Program-made: the position numbers and the translations under genes | NCBI GenBank assembly: GCA_963842085.1 | Contig: CAWJET010000001.1 | Coordinates: forward strand, 1,216,001 to 1,280,000 | Source of the DNA: an uncultured delta proteobacterium | GTDB lineage: Bacteria > Desulfobacterota > Binatia > Binatales > Binataceae | Length of the DNA stretch: 64,000 nt | Direction of reading: 5' to 3' | Notes under the pieces: generated by a model | Database searches by the model: none | What the model saw: the letters and a program-made list of their open reading frames with translations, nothing else | What the model was told of the DNA's origin: nothing | Shown here: piece after piece, positions 20,051 to 29,975 of the stretch | How positions within the stretch are numbered: position 1 is the stretch's first letter | How the letters are laid out: each line of letters opens with the position of its first letter

Positions 20051-20317
20051 ATGCTTGGGTTCAACCTGGACATTTGGGACTATGCGACGTTTGTCGCCAT
20101 TTTCATCCAGGCCGCCGCTGCCGTTGTAGTGCTCGTTTTGCTTGCGGGATTGCCCGGTCGGATCGCGATCGGGGGGCATCATCCTGAAGCAGAAGCAGGT
20201 AAAATCATGGGCTGGGCAGGGTTTCTAGCCGCAGTTCAGTGGATCCAGGCCTTCATCTGGGCGTTCAAACCGACCGAAGGGTGGACATTCGACGCTTTCC
20301 TTCCGAAGAGCGAATAG
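20051..20317 (+). pseudogene. DUF3302-family membrane protein, probably frameshifted at the C-terminus
   Basis: LPGRIAIGGHHPEAEA..MGWAG...WIQAFIWAFKPT; lies next to the IS3 end. Confidence 0.6.
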
Positions 20318-20528
20318 CTGAAGCAGCGGATCTCGCTCGGCTAGGTTGTGGTAAGCGGATGCCAGCCTCGGGGAATATATGCCGCCCCCCCTCCAACACC
20401 TCGGCCCGAGGGTTCTTTATAATGTGGGTGACGCGCCCCGCGAAACTAGTACGACCGGCAGTTGAGAAATTCGGCCTGGCGTGGTCGGTTAGTGCCGGTA
20501 TTTCCGGCGGTTTGAAACCTCCAGTAGC

Positions 20529-20851
20529 TCAACTGAGAACCTCTCGCAAACCGTCCGACGAAGCCGTCTCGCGCGCTGCGGTTTGCCAGCGGTCGGCGAA
20601 CTCCTCGGGCGCAGGGTCGCCGAGCGCACTGTGCGGGCGAACCTGGTTGTAATCTAGCCGCCACTGCTCGAGCTTGTCGCGCGCGTCGGCCACAGTGAAG
20701 AAGACCTGTACGTTCAAGCACTCATCACGCAGCCGACCGTTGAACGATTCGACGAAAGCGTTCTGGGCCGGTTTGCCGGGTTCGATGTAATGCCACTCCA
20801 GTCGCCCGGTGGCCCAACGCAGCACTGCGCAGCTGGTGAGCTCGGTCCCGT
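20529..20851 (-). pseudogene. IS3 transposase OrfB, C-terminal part
   Basis: GTELTS, IEPGKPAQNAFVESFNGRLRDECLN, DYNQVRPHSALG. Confidence 0.88.
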
Positions 20852-22611
20852 AGTACGTCGGGAAGCGGTCATGGCCGACGATTAACACTCCTGCGATGGT
20901 TGCGGTGCAAGCCCAACCTTTAGCGGGAGGATCTCCAGCCATGACCGAGAGCAACGATACGCCCCAACGCGTGACACTGGTAGCGGTGGACATCGCCAAG
21001 CACTATCACGATGTTCTTATCGAACCGCCGGCTCCGAAACGACGATGTCGGCTGCGACTGGCGAACAATCTCGAGGATTTTGAGCACTTGGCCGGTTATC
21101 TGAGAGGGTTCAAGAGTTCGGTGTTGGTCGGCTTTGAAGCGACCGGGAACTATCATCGGCCGCTGGCGTATTTTCTCCACCGCCAGGGTTGCGAGCTGCG
21201 TCTGATTTCTACTCTGGCGCTGGCCCGTACTCGCGAAGCCATGCACAACTCATGGGATAAGAACGATCCGAAGGACGCCCAAGTGATCCTCCATCTGTTG
21301 AAGACCGGATTGGCGCAGACCTGGCACGATCCAGTCGTCAACGGCATCAACGATATTCAGGAACTCTCGAAGACCCATTTCCAGGTGACGCTGGCGCGGG
21401 TACGGGTCTGGCACACGCTGCGCAACCTCTATTTCCCGGAGATTGATCGCTTCGTTCGCTCGGACCATAGCGTTTGGTTGATCCAACTGTTGGCCAGCTT
21501 TCCGACGCCGGCCTCGATTACCGCGTTGAGCGAAGAGGAGTTCCAGACGCGGGCGTGGAACCTGGTCGGCCGCAAAGTGAGCAAGCGGGCGCTGCTGGCG
21601 GAGATCTACACTGCCGCGAAACGGTCGATCGGTGTGCCGGTGGCGATCGATAGTGCCGCCATTGCAATGTTCCGCCTGGTTCTCGAGCAGTATTTGATCC
21701 TGCATCAGTTGCGTGAGCGGATCGCCGAACAGGCTGCGCTCCTGTTGGAAGGTAATTCCGATAGCCGGCGACTCATGACCGTGCCGGGCATCGGGCCGGC
21801 CAACGCCCTAACCATTCTTGCCGAGGCCGGCGATCTACGCCGCTTCCGGCACCATCGCCAGTCCCTGAATTTCTGCGGCTTGAACCTCTCCACCCTGCAG
21901 TCGGGTAAATCGCGTGGTCAGAGCCACATCTCGAAGTACGGCAATGCCAGGCTGCGTACCGCTTTGTGGATGGCGGCGCAGACCGCGGTCCGACTGCGGG
22001 AGAACAGTTTCCGTCGCAAGTTCGACAACTACGTTCGCGGCAATCCGCTCGATGCGGACCTCCGGCGTAAGGCTTACACTGCGGTCGCTGCCAAGCTGGC
22101 GCGAGTGATCTTCGGGTTGATCAAGCATCAGGTCGATTATCGGCCGTTTTTTGAACACCAGTTCCAGGTGGAGGAGCCCTCTCGTGCAAGTGCCGTTGGG
22201 GCGGTTTCGACCCCGTCGATAATGTTCGGGCCTTCCACCTGGGTTGGCATATCTGTTTTGAGTTCGGTGAGGACCACAGCGCTTGGCCTGCTGGATCCTG
22301 TGTTTACTATGGTGAGAGCCGCGCCCACACCTGAGGTGGAACCACTTGGATTGCCTGTTCGCATCAGTACGGCTGCGTAGCAGTCCGGGAGCTTTAGCTC
22401 CCGCTAACTACCCACTCAGCCGCAGTGGCGGCGCCGGTCAAGGGCGGCGTCAGCCGGCGAGCTCCGCGAGCGAACCCTTGACGGTGCGCCGACACGGAGG
22501 CTACAGCGCCGGTTCACCGTCCCTAGACTATTGCGCAATCGTAGCCCACTGCTCGCTTCGCGAGCCCTCGCAGATGTGTGTTCGCTCCCGGCCATTGCTT
22601 TCTTACTTAGT
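20852..22611 (+). mobile_element. IS110-family element with long 3' non-coding region
   Basis: Flanked by CCGT at 20848-20851 and 22612-22615; removing it restores the IS3 SDNGTEL reading frame. Confidence 0.85.
20941..22380 (+). CDS. IS110-family DEDD transposase/recombinase (C-terminal extension may be read-through)
   Basis: AVDIAK, FEATG, KNDPKDA, VPGIG, QSG, SKYGNARLR; GGAGG RBS before ATG 20941. Confidence 0.9.
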   Translation: MTESNDTPQRVTLVAVDIAKHYHDVLIEPPAPKRRCRLRLANNLEDFEHLAGYLRGFKSSVLVGFEATGNYHRPLAYFLHRQGCELRLISTLALARTREAMHNSWDKNDPKDAQVILHLLKTGLAQTWHDPVVNGINDIQELSKTHFQVTLARVRVWHTLRNLYFPEIDRFVRSDHSVWLIQLLASFPTPASITALSEEEFQTRAWNLVGRKVSKRALLAEIYTAAKRSIGVPVAIDSAAIAMFRLVLEQYLILHQLRERIAEQAALLLEGNSDSRRLMTVPGIGPANALTILAEAGDLRRFRHHRQSLNFCGLNLSTLQSGKSRGQSHISKYGNARLRTALWMAAQTAVRLRENSFRRKFDNYVRGNPLDADLRRKAYTAVAAKLARVIFGLIKHQVDYRPFFEHQFQVEEPSRASAVGAVSTPSIMFGPSTWVGISVLSSVRTTALGLLDPVFTMVRAAPTPEVEPLGLPVRISTAA

Positions 22612-23159
22612 CCGTTGTCGCTAACCACCATCCGTGGCAGTGCGCGCTCAGCTGTTAGCCGGTCCAGTTCGCGCACCACGCGCACCCCGCCCAGTGAAGT
22701 GTCCACCACCGTAGCCAGACATTCGCGGCTGAAGTCGTCGACCACGCATAGGATGCGGAAGCGCCGCCCGTCGCTCAGTGCGTCTGCCACGAAGTCCAGT
22801 GACCACCGTTGGTTGATCGCGCCCGGTAGCGTCATCGGCGCCCTGGTTCCCAGCGCCCGCTTGCGCCCTCTGCGCCGGCGTACCATGAGCTTTTCCTCGC
22901 GGTACAACCGATAGAGCTTCTTGCGGTTCAGCACGTGACCTTCCCTCTCCAGCAGCCAGCCCAGGCGCCGATAGCCGAAGCGTCTGCGCTCCGCGGCCAG
23001 CTCGCGCAGCCGCTGCCGCAGCAGCGAGTCGTCCGGCCGCCGCGGCCGATAGTTCATGCTCGAGCGATTGACTCCGACCAGCCTGCATGCGCGCACCTGG
23101 CTCAGCCCGCGCTGCTCGACCAATCGAGCAACTGCCGCCTTCCGCGCCACAGGTTTCAA
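22612..23159 (-). pseudogene. IS3 transposase OrfB, N-terminal part
   Basis: RRFGYRRL, NRKKLYRLY, NQRWSLDFVAD, VVDDFSRECL, VSDNG. Confidence 0.9.
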
Positions 23160-23422
23160 ACGTTTTTTCCGAGCAGGTCCTTCAGCGCCGCGTTGTCCAG
23201 CATCGACTCCGCCAGCAGCTTCTTCAGCCGCCGGTTCTCATCCTCCAGCGACTTCAGGCGGCGCGCCTCGGATACGTCGAGCCCGCCATACTTCGCTTTC
23301 CACTTGTAAAAGGTCGCGCTTGAGATCCCGTGGCGGCGGCCGACCTCCTCGGTCTTCGCCCCCGCCTCATGGTCGCGCAGCACCCCGATGATCTGCTCCG
23401 CGCTGAATCGGCTGCCTTTCAT
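23156..23422 (-). CDS. IS3 transposase OrfA
   Basis: RFSAEQIIGVL, HGISSATFYKWKAKYGG, LEDENRRLKKL. Confidence 0.92.
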   Translation of the reverse strand: MKGSRFSAEQIIGVLRDHEAGAKTEEVGRRHGISSATFYKWKAKYGGLDVSEARRLKSLEDENRRLKKLLAESMLDNAALKDLLGKNV

Positions 23423-23491
23423 TGTCCGTCTCCTTTCTGTCGACGGACTCTACCTCAATTCTGCTGGGCGTTAGGCGGGCAGGCCAGCGGT

Positions 23492-23854
23492 CTATGTACC
23501 CAAGTTTTTCATCTTGTTGGCTTTTATCGGTACCCGAGTCAGAAGTGTCGTTAGAATCAGGTGCAGGACGACCGCCGGCCACAGTAGTATGCCGTTCAAA
23601 CCGCCCGCGAAGCCGACGTAGGCGAGATACAGCGTGACGGCCGCGCTGTAGGTCAACATGCCGGCCAGCGGCGGCCCCGGCCAGCACGCAATACTTAACG
23701 CGATCAGCGCGATACCGGCCACGCGGGCGGCCGGTACCGCAACGCCGGTAAGTTCCTCGCCGAACAACAACTTCCCAACGAGCGACGGAACAATCAGCAA
23801 CGCCACGCCAGTCGCCGCTTCGCCCATGGCGGCAAGAGTAAGCCACCTACTCAT
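23492..23854 (-). CDS. Small multi-TM membrane protein
   Basis: EAATGVALLIVP, LWPAVVLH; directly downstream of the sulfatase. Confidence 0.75.
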   Translation of the reverse strand: MSRWLTLAAMGEAATGVALLIVPSLVGKLLFGEELTGVAVPAARVAGIALIALSIACWPGPPLAGMLTYSAAVTLYLAYVGFAGGLNGILLWPAVVLHLILTTLLTRVPIKANKMKNLGT

Positions 23855-23867
23855 CGGCCGGTGCTAG

Positions 23868-26369
23868 CTAGTCCTTCGCGCGGGCCACCGCGTCCTCAAT
23901 GGCCGGCATGTTCTTGCGATCCTGATCCGTGTACTGCGCCGGGCCCAGGTTGAAGGTCAGCTTGTCGATCTTGCCCGTGAACTTGAACGGACAATCATAA
24001 CGATACTCGACGAGCGCAACCCCGGTTAGTGTATCCAACCCGACGTCGAAGTCTTCGTCTTCGGGGAACGTGATGGGAGTGGTGTGATCCATGTGCTTCT
24101 TATCCACTTCCTTGCCGTCCACCGATAGCACTCCCGTGCCGCCCTTGCCGAGGCCGGGGCCGTCGAGCTTGAAGTCGAACACGATCGTGTGCTCGCCGGC
24201 GCTCAGTTCCGGCCCTTCCCAAATCGTGCGCTTGAGATCGAGCAGATTGTAAAGGAACACGACCTTCCCGTGGCGGACTCCCATCTCACCCTTGGAGAGG
24301 AATAAGCCGTAGCCGCCGAAGCGACCGCCCTCGGTCACGATCATGCCTTCGGCGCCGCCCTCGGGGATGTCGACATTGGCGGTGATGGTGTAGTCCTTGT
24401 CCAGGATGTTCGGGGCGCTGCTCGGCGGCACGCCGCTCAGTTCGCCTGAATAGGTGAATGTGGTCCGTCCGGCTGTGGCGCTCGGGCGCTGCGTCAGGAA
24501 GCGAGCGAGGGTCGAGTTGTCGAGCGGGAGCACATCGTATTTCTTAGCCTGCTCATAGAAAACATCCTGCAGTTGCTTGAGCTTGTCCGGCATCTTGTCG
24601 GCCAGGTCGTTGTACTCGGTGACATCTACATTGAGGTTGTAGAGTTCCCACTTGTAACCGGTAATCACATCCGGCGGCGTGGCGGTGCTCAGCTCCCACG
24701 GAAGACTTACCGGCGTCGTCACCGCTATCCATCCGTCCTGGTAGATCGCGCGGTTCCCGAGCATCTCGAAATATTGCGTCGTGTGGCGGGTTGGTGCGTC
24801 GGCGTTCTTCTTGTCCCACGTGTACACCATGCTCACGCCTTCAATCGGGCGCTGCTTGATGCCGTCGATTGTGTCGGGAGCCGGGATGCCGGTCACCTCG
24901 AGGATCGTGGGCACGATGTCGATGACGTGAGAAAACTGGCGGCGGATGCCACCGACGTCCGTGATGTGGCCGGGCCATGACATGGCCATGCCATTGGCCG
25001 TCCCGCCGCGATGCGACGCGATCTGCTTCACCCACTTGAACGGGGTATCCATCGCCCACGCCCAGCCGGCCGCATAGAGGGGAAAGGTCCGATCCGATCC
25101 CCAGAAGTCGTACCAGAGAAACTGGTCCTTGACCGGCACGGCGACGCCGTTGAAGGTTGTGAACTCGTTTGGCGTACCGTTGAGCATACCCTCGGCGCTC
25201 GCGCCGTTGTCGCCGCTTATATAGATGATCAAGGTGTTGTCGAGCTCGCCGAGGTCGTCGACGGCCTGGATGACGCGGCCGATTTCGTGGTCGGTGTATG
25301 CGAGGAACGCCGCATAGACGTCGGCCTGCTTGATGTACAGTTTTTTCTGCTCGAGGCTCAGGGTATCCCACGCCGGAAGATCCTTCGGCCACGGCGTCAA
25401 CTTGGCATCGGCGGGCATGATGCCAAGCCGTTTCTGGTTGGCAAAGATGGTATCGCGCAATTTGTTCCAGCCACCGTCGAACAGGTTCTGATCGCTGATC
25501 TTTTTAATCCACTCGGGCGTCGGATGATGGGGCGCGTGAGTACCGCCCGGAACGTAGTAGACGAAGAACGGCTTGCCGGGAGCGATCTCCTTGAGCTGCC
25601 TCATGTACTGGATGGCGTCGTCAGCCATCGCGGTGGTGAGATTCCAACCAGGGTGCCCCTGGAAGGGGTAGATGGCCGTCGTGTTGCGGAACAGGTTCGG
25701 TTGCCACTGGCTGGTGTCGCCGCCGATGAAGCCGTAGAAATACTCGAAGCCCATCCCGATGGGCCATTGGTCGAATGGCCCGGCCTGGCTCGCCTGGTAA
25801 AAGGGCGTGTTGTGGTCCTTGCCGAACCACGCGGTCGCGTATCCGTTTTCCTTGAGGATCTCGCCGATGGTGCCGGTATCCTTCCTTATAATCGAATCGT
25901 ACCCCGGGAATCCGGTTGCCGCCTCGCCAACAACCCCAAAGCCGGCCACGTGATGATTTCGTCCCGTGATCAAGGCGGCGCGGGTGGGTGAGCATAACGA
26001 CGTAGTATGGAACTGCGTGTACCGCAGCCCGCTGTTCGCAATGCGATCCAACGCCGGAGTCTCGATGACGCCGCCAAAGGTGCTAGGCGCGCCGAAGCCT
26101 ACGTCGTCGGTCATGATGAGCAGCACGTTCGGCGCACCCTTGGGCGGCACAATGCGCGGCGGCCACCAAGGCGTTGACTCCGAGGCTCTTCCCTTGATCA
26201 CCCCGCCGAATTTCGGATCGGGCGGCGGAAGTTGATTTCCGGGGATGGTCGTGGTGGCGTTAGGTGAACCCAACTCACCTGTGACTTCCTGCGCGAGGCA
26301 AGAGGATGAAGGAAGCGTAAAGGCTGCGATGCAAAGCGCTACGGCGACAACATGTCTGAGTGCAATCAT
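23868..26369 (-). CDS. Arylsulfatase (Cys-type, FGly-dependent) with C-terminal extension
   Basis: PNVLLIMTDDVG, LCSPTRAALITGRNHH, FGKDH, THAPHH, SGDNG; signal peptide from MIALRH (start 26369 preferred). Confidence 0.92.
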   Translation of the reverse strand: MIALRHVVAVALCIAAFTLPSSSCLAQEVTGELGSPNATTTIPGNQLPPPDPKFGGVIKGRASESTPWWPPRIVPPKGAPNVLLIMTDDVGFGAPSTFGGVIETPALDRIANSGLRYTQFHTTSLCSPTRAALITGRNHHVAGFGVVGEAATGFPGYDSIIRKDTGTIGEILKENGYATAWFGKDHNTPFYQASQAGPFDQWPIGMGFEYFYGFIGGDTSQWQPNLFRNTTAIYPFQGHPGWNLTTAMADDAIQYMRQLKEIAPGKPFFVYYVPGGTHAPHHPTPEWIKKISDQNLFDGGWNKLRDTIFANQKRLGIMPADAKLTPWPKDLPAWDTLSLEQKKLYIKQADVYAAFLAYTDHEIGRVIQAVDDLGELDNTLIIYISGDNGASAEGMLNGTPNEFTTFNGVAVPVKDQFLWYDFWGSDRTFPLYAAGWAWAMDTPFKWVKQIASHRGGTANGMAMSWPGHITDVGGIRRQFSHVIDIVPTILEVTGIPAPDTIDGIKQRPIEGVSMVYTWDKKNADAPTRHTTQYFEMLGNRAIYQDGWIAVTTPVSLPWELSTATPPDVITGYKWELYNLNVDVTEYNDLADKMPDKLKQLQDVFYEQAKKYDVLPLDNSTLARFLTQRPSATAGRTTFTYSGELSGVPPSSAPNILDKDYTITANVDIPEGGAEGMIVTEGGRFGGYGLFLSKGEMGVRHGKVVFLYNLLDLKRTIWEGPELSAGEHTIVFDFKLDGPGLGKGGTGVLSVDGKEVDKKHMDHTTPITFPEDEDFDVGLDTLTGVALVEYRYDCPFKFTGKIDKLTFNLGPAQYTDQDRKNMPAIEDAVARAKD

Positions 26370-26415
26370 GCGGGGGTTTTTCCTTCTAGACTTGGCAACA
26401 AGCTTCTCGTTGGGC

Positions 26416-27315
26416 TTACTCCCGACACTCGTTGAGGGGCGGGACCTTTCCGTTGAGCTGGACGGCCAGAGCGGCAGCCGTGCCGACAGGGGCGCCGACA
26501 TAGATCGTCGAACCCGTTTTGTTAGTCGCGATGGCACCTTTGCAATATTTGAAGAAGGACTTGTCGCATGGGTAAGGCCCGAGGATCTGGTAGCTTTGGG
26601 CGTTGTCTCCAGTGGACTGGGTGATTGGGCAGGAACAGATGATCTGTCCTTTCGGCACCGGTTTGTCGAAGCCCGGGAACGTCGTCTCCTCGGTGCTTCT
26701 GAAGCATAGTCCGCCGTCGCACTGAGCGTAGGCGCCGCCCTCCTCGCCCTGGCAGGTGTAGACCGCGCCGCCTCCCTGAGGAGAGGCGATCGACTCAGGC
26801 AGGCTGTAGGTGCTGACCATGTATTTGTTGGCGGCGCCCGCGGCGTTGATCGAACAGACGTCTTCGTCCTTGCCCATCGGAAACGGCAGGCTGATGCTGT
26901 CGCCGTGCTTCACGTCGCACTGGCAGTAAGCGACGCCGTCGAACACATTGCAGCGCGCCGCGGCGCAAAGCGCGTAAGTCTGATCCTTGCAGATCTTGAA
27001 TTGCGCGCCGGCCATCGCGTCGAGGAGTTTATCGAGGCAACCTTTGGAAAGCTGGCCCATCTTGTTCTGTACACAGCTCTTGATGCGTCCGACATCGGGC
27101 AGCACGTCCGAGCAGAGACTCCAGACGTCGCCGCCGCATGCTCGGACGATGCCCAAATCCTTGCTGAAGCCCTCCTGCGCCATCGAGGGGGCGGCCACGC
27201 CCACTATCAACATGAGCGCAACGGTCAACCCTGCGCCCGTCAGCCGCGTCCTCGCGGAACAAAGTCCTGACCACGTAGCCCCTTCCGCTTTCGATTTTTG
27301 GTCTCGATGCAGCAT
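26416..27315 (-). CDS. Secreted cysteine-rich protein
   Basis: Signal peptide ending SMA; 18 Cys in the mature part; N-terminal CxxDxxxxC...C...LSxxC module. Confidence 0.75.
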   Translation of the reverse strand: MLHRDQKSKAEGATWSGLCSARTRLTGAGLTVALMLIVGVAAPSMAQEGFSKDLGIVRACGGDVWSLCSDVLPDVGRIKSCVQNKMGQLSKGCLDKLLDAMAGAQFKICKDQTYALCAAARCNVFDGVAYCQCDVKHGDSISLPFPMGKDEDVCSINAAGAANKYMVSTYSLPESIASPQGGGAVYTCQGEEGGAYAQCDGGLCFRSTEETTFPGFDKPVPKGQIICSCPITQSTGDNAQSYQILGPYPCDKSFFKYCKGAIATNKTGSTIYVGAPVGTAAALAVQLNGKVPPLNECRE

Positions 27316-27367
27316 TGAATTCCCTTCCGTCCTTTTGGATACCTTTTAGACCCTTCGCTGTTATTTC

Positions 27368-27934
27368 CTAGGGAGTCTGGTCCTGGATCTCAATGTTGAT
27401 GCGGCGATTCTGAGCCCGCCCTTCCGGGGTGTCATTTGACGCGATCGGACGATATTGTCCGAATGCCACCGCTGAAAGCTGATTTGGATCGAGCCCCTGA
27501 GCCACGAGGTAGCGAACCACGGAGATCGCACGGGCGGCGGAGAGGTTCCAGTTCGTTGGGAAACGCTCGGAGAGCGGCGGCAGGATCGGCAAGTTGTCCG
27601 TGTAGCCCTGGATGACAATCTGTTTGCCGGAAACCCCCTGCAACGCCGGTACGATCTTATTCAACTCCTGCTGTCCCTGCTGGTGTAGTTCCCATCCACC
27701 CTCGGGGAACAAAATGGCGTTAACCATCGTCACCTCCAATCGGTTCTGCAACTGTCTGACCTTTACCTGATCGGAATTAACTTCAGAGTTGAGGCTCTGG
27801 TTGAGTTGCTGATAGGTCGAATTCAGATATTGGAGTTGCTGAGCCTGTTGGACCTCCTGATTGTACTGTTGTTGGGGAACGCATCCTGTTATCAGCAATG
27901 AAGCGAGCAATGGAGCTAGTAGCTTGAGTTTCAT
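27368..27934 (-). CDS. OmpA/MotB-family peptidoglycan-binding lipoprotein
   Basis: ITGC lipobox; GYTDN, NWNLSAARAISV, AFGQYRP, GRAQNRRI. Confidence 0.88.
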   Translation of the reverse strand: MKLKLLAPLLASLLITGCVPQQQYNQEVQQAQQLQYLNSTYQQLNQSLNSEVNSDQVKVRQLQNRLEVTMVNAILFPEGGWELHQQGQQELNKIVPALQGVSGKQIVIQGYTDNLPILPPLSERFPTNWNLSAARAISVVRYLVAQGLDPNQLSAVAFGQYRPIASNDTPEGRAQNRRINIEIQDQTP

Positions 27935-27952
27935 CTGATCCTCAATCCGTCG

Positions 27953-28903
27953 TTACGGCTGCGAGACCATGTAAACGACCTGGCTGCCGCTGTAGAAGGG
28001 TTTGTAGTAAACCCCGTTTGCCATGTAGTAAGTGCTTCCGTTGATCGTGGTCTCGAAAGCGCCAGGTGGGAGAGAGTAAACAGTCGACCCCATCGCTGGA
28101 GGCCCGTACGGGGCGGGCTGGTATCCATAGGGTGGGTAGTTCTCGACCACAGTTGTCGTAGGTGCTTTTGCTTGCGCATTCGCGGTTAGCATCGACCCGA
28201 CCGCCATACCTCCGACCGCCCCCAGAGCGGCCGCACCGAGTGCCTCGCCGGTGCTCGAGCCGCCATCGCTGCAGCAGTCGTTATACGGGCCGTAGTAGCC
28301 TCCGCCTCCTCCGTTGTAATTGGTATCGCCTACGTTGTTGTTGACTGTGTTCATCGTCGAATTGTGCATCGACTTTTCGGTCTGTTCGTTGTTCGCTTGC
28401 AGCGAATTGGCTTCGTTGTACTTGGACTGCTGCTGGGCCGTCTGATTGGTATTGTACGTATTGTAAGCGTTGCCATTGCCCTTCTGGTATTCGCTGGACG
28501 CTTGCGAGCTGCTGTTGGGATGGAACTCGTTTGACGATGACCCAGAACTGCTACTCGGGTGCTGCCACGAGCTGGAACCACCAGATGAATGACCCATTGA
28601 CGAGCTACCGCTATGTCCGAAGCTACCGCCGCCGAAGCCATCACCACCGAAGCCTTTGAAGCCTCCGCCGCCTCCACCGCCGTGGAACCCCCCGCCTCCT
28701 CCACCTCCGCCACCGCCAAAGCCGTGGAACCCTCCTCCGCCTCCTCCACCAAAGTGACCGCCGCCTCCTCCACCAAAGCGACCACCGCCGCCGCCAAACC
28801 TTGCAGATGCTTGTGGCGCGGCGGCCAGGGAGATCGCAACCGCCATCATCGTTGCAACTGTGAATGCGCGAGCCGTTCGCATGCCGCATATCGTGGTAAT
28901 CAT
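27953..28903 (-). CDS. Gly/Ser-rich exported protein with C-terminal beta domain
   Basis: Signal peptide, GGGG(F/H) repeats, TM-like AALGAVGGMAVG, SLPPGA..INGSTYYMANGVYYKP. Confidence 0.75.
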   Translation of the reverse strand: MITTICGMRTARAFTVATMMAVAISLAAAPQASARFGGGGGRFGGGGGGHFGGGGGGGFHGFGGGGGGGGGGFHGGGGGGGFKGFGGDGFGGGSFGHSGSSSMGHSSGGSSSWQHPSSSSGSSSNEFHPNSSSQASSEYQKGNGNAYNTYNTNQTAQQQSKYNEANSLQANNEQTEKSMHNSTMNTVNNNVGDTNYNGGGGGYYGPYNDCCSDGGSSTGEALGAAALGAVGGMAVGSMLTANAQAKAPTTTVVENYPPYGYQPAPYGPPAMGSTVYSLPPGAFETTINGSTYYMANGVYYKPFYSGSQVVYMVSQP

Positions 28904-29688
28904 GGCTTCGACTCCTTACCCGTCAGAAACTCAATGCGCTTGAAGTCCTTGGGCACATCTGCCCGAAAACGGCTCGCCGATATTTTTTTTGGAAATTTCC
29001 AATCTGAAAGGAGTGCAATGTACTCAGGCGATCCCGGCAAGCTCCTGTAGTTAATCACGACCTTGCGAGGGATTGGCTTTCCCGAGCGATCGAGCCAGAG
29101 TTGAAAATCGGCTTTTGGCGATGAAAGAGCGATGTGATCACATTCTATTCCATTGACGTCTCCTATTCCGACGTATCCGCCATAGGTGGTTTCCTTGCGA
29201 AGCAACTTGCATGTATCGCTCGCGGCGAGGTCGGACAGAGGAATCGTGAGGTTGTTCATCTCCGCTACCCGATCCAGCATTCCATCGATGACTGAAGGCA
29301 CCGCAAGGGTCGTATAGACCATGCGCGAGGGGTCGAGGATGGTTAAAGTGCCGTCGCTGTACCAAAGCTCCTTGGCGCCCAGGTCGCTCTGGTAATCGAC
29401 GGCGAGCTCGTCCGGCCGTTGAACGGCGAAGTCCATGGCGCCTGCGAACTGAACCTTCACGTTGGGAGGCAGAACCTGATCGAACATGATTTCGGCGTGG
29501 AAGCTGAACGCGTCAGCCGAACTCAGCGCCTGGCATGCCTTGGTCAACAGCTTGTCCGCGTATGGTGCAATGCCACTCGGCCGGGCGCTGGATGTCGACG
29601 TCGGTTCGGCGGCGAATGTCACACAATAAGCGCCGAGCATCGCGGCAATCAAAAACCCGAGGTTGACGATAAATACTTTGCTACGCAT
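28900..29688 (-). CDS. DUF2092 family periplasmic protein
   Basis: VQRPDEL, WYSDG, IPLSDL, GIECDHIA, DFQLWL..GKPIPRKVVI. Confidence 0.85.
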   Translation of the reverse strand: MRSKVFIVNLGFLIAAMLGAYCVTFAAEPTSTSSARPSGIAPYADKLLTKACQALSSADAFSFHAEIMFDQVLPPNVKVQFAGAMDFAVQRPDELAVDYQSDLGAKELWYSDGTLTILDPSRMVYTTLAVPSVIDGMLDRVAEMNNLTIPLSDLAASDTCKLLRKETTYGGYVGIGDVNGIECDHIALSSPKADFQLWLDRSGKPIPRKVVINYRSLPGSPEYIALLSDWKFPKKISASRFRADVPKDFKRIEFLTGKESKP

Positions 29689-29766
29689 GTTCGCCTCTTA
29701 CCTGGATCTGATTTCTGTTTCCTATGCTATCTGGAACAACTGTCGCAAATTACACAACCAAGAGAT

Positions 29767-29784
29767 ATTGGACTTTGGTCCAAC
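29767..29784. promoter_or_regulatory. Palindromic operator upstream of the DUF2092-to-sulfatase gene run
   Basis: ATTGGACTTTGGTCCAAC. Confidence 0.8.
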
Positions 29785-29975
29785 ACCTTATAGCTCTCAT
29801 AGGTCGCTGCGGAGGGGCAACGGCCGCCGTTCGGGCCAAAGCAGCCTCGCGTTGGCTGCCTAAAGACGATAGGTGGGCATGCAAGCACAGCGGCGGAAGC
29901 AGCCGTGGCAACGAACAGGAGAGCGGATATCTCCATCGTCTTTCTCGATAAGTGCGTTTCCCATTCAAAGCATTT

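Larger units (their letters stand above)
20429..23486 (-). mobile_element. IS3-family (IS407-like) element interrupted by IS110
   Basis: Ends TGGCCTGCCC / TGACGCGCCCC (imperfect, approximate); orfA/orfB with an A6 frameshift motif near 23163-23168. Confidence 0.8.

Noticed and set aside
28620-28800. CCGCCGCC-rich repeat as a non-coding microsatellite
   Set aside because: Explained by poly-Gly codons of the minus-strand gene.
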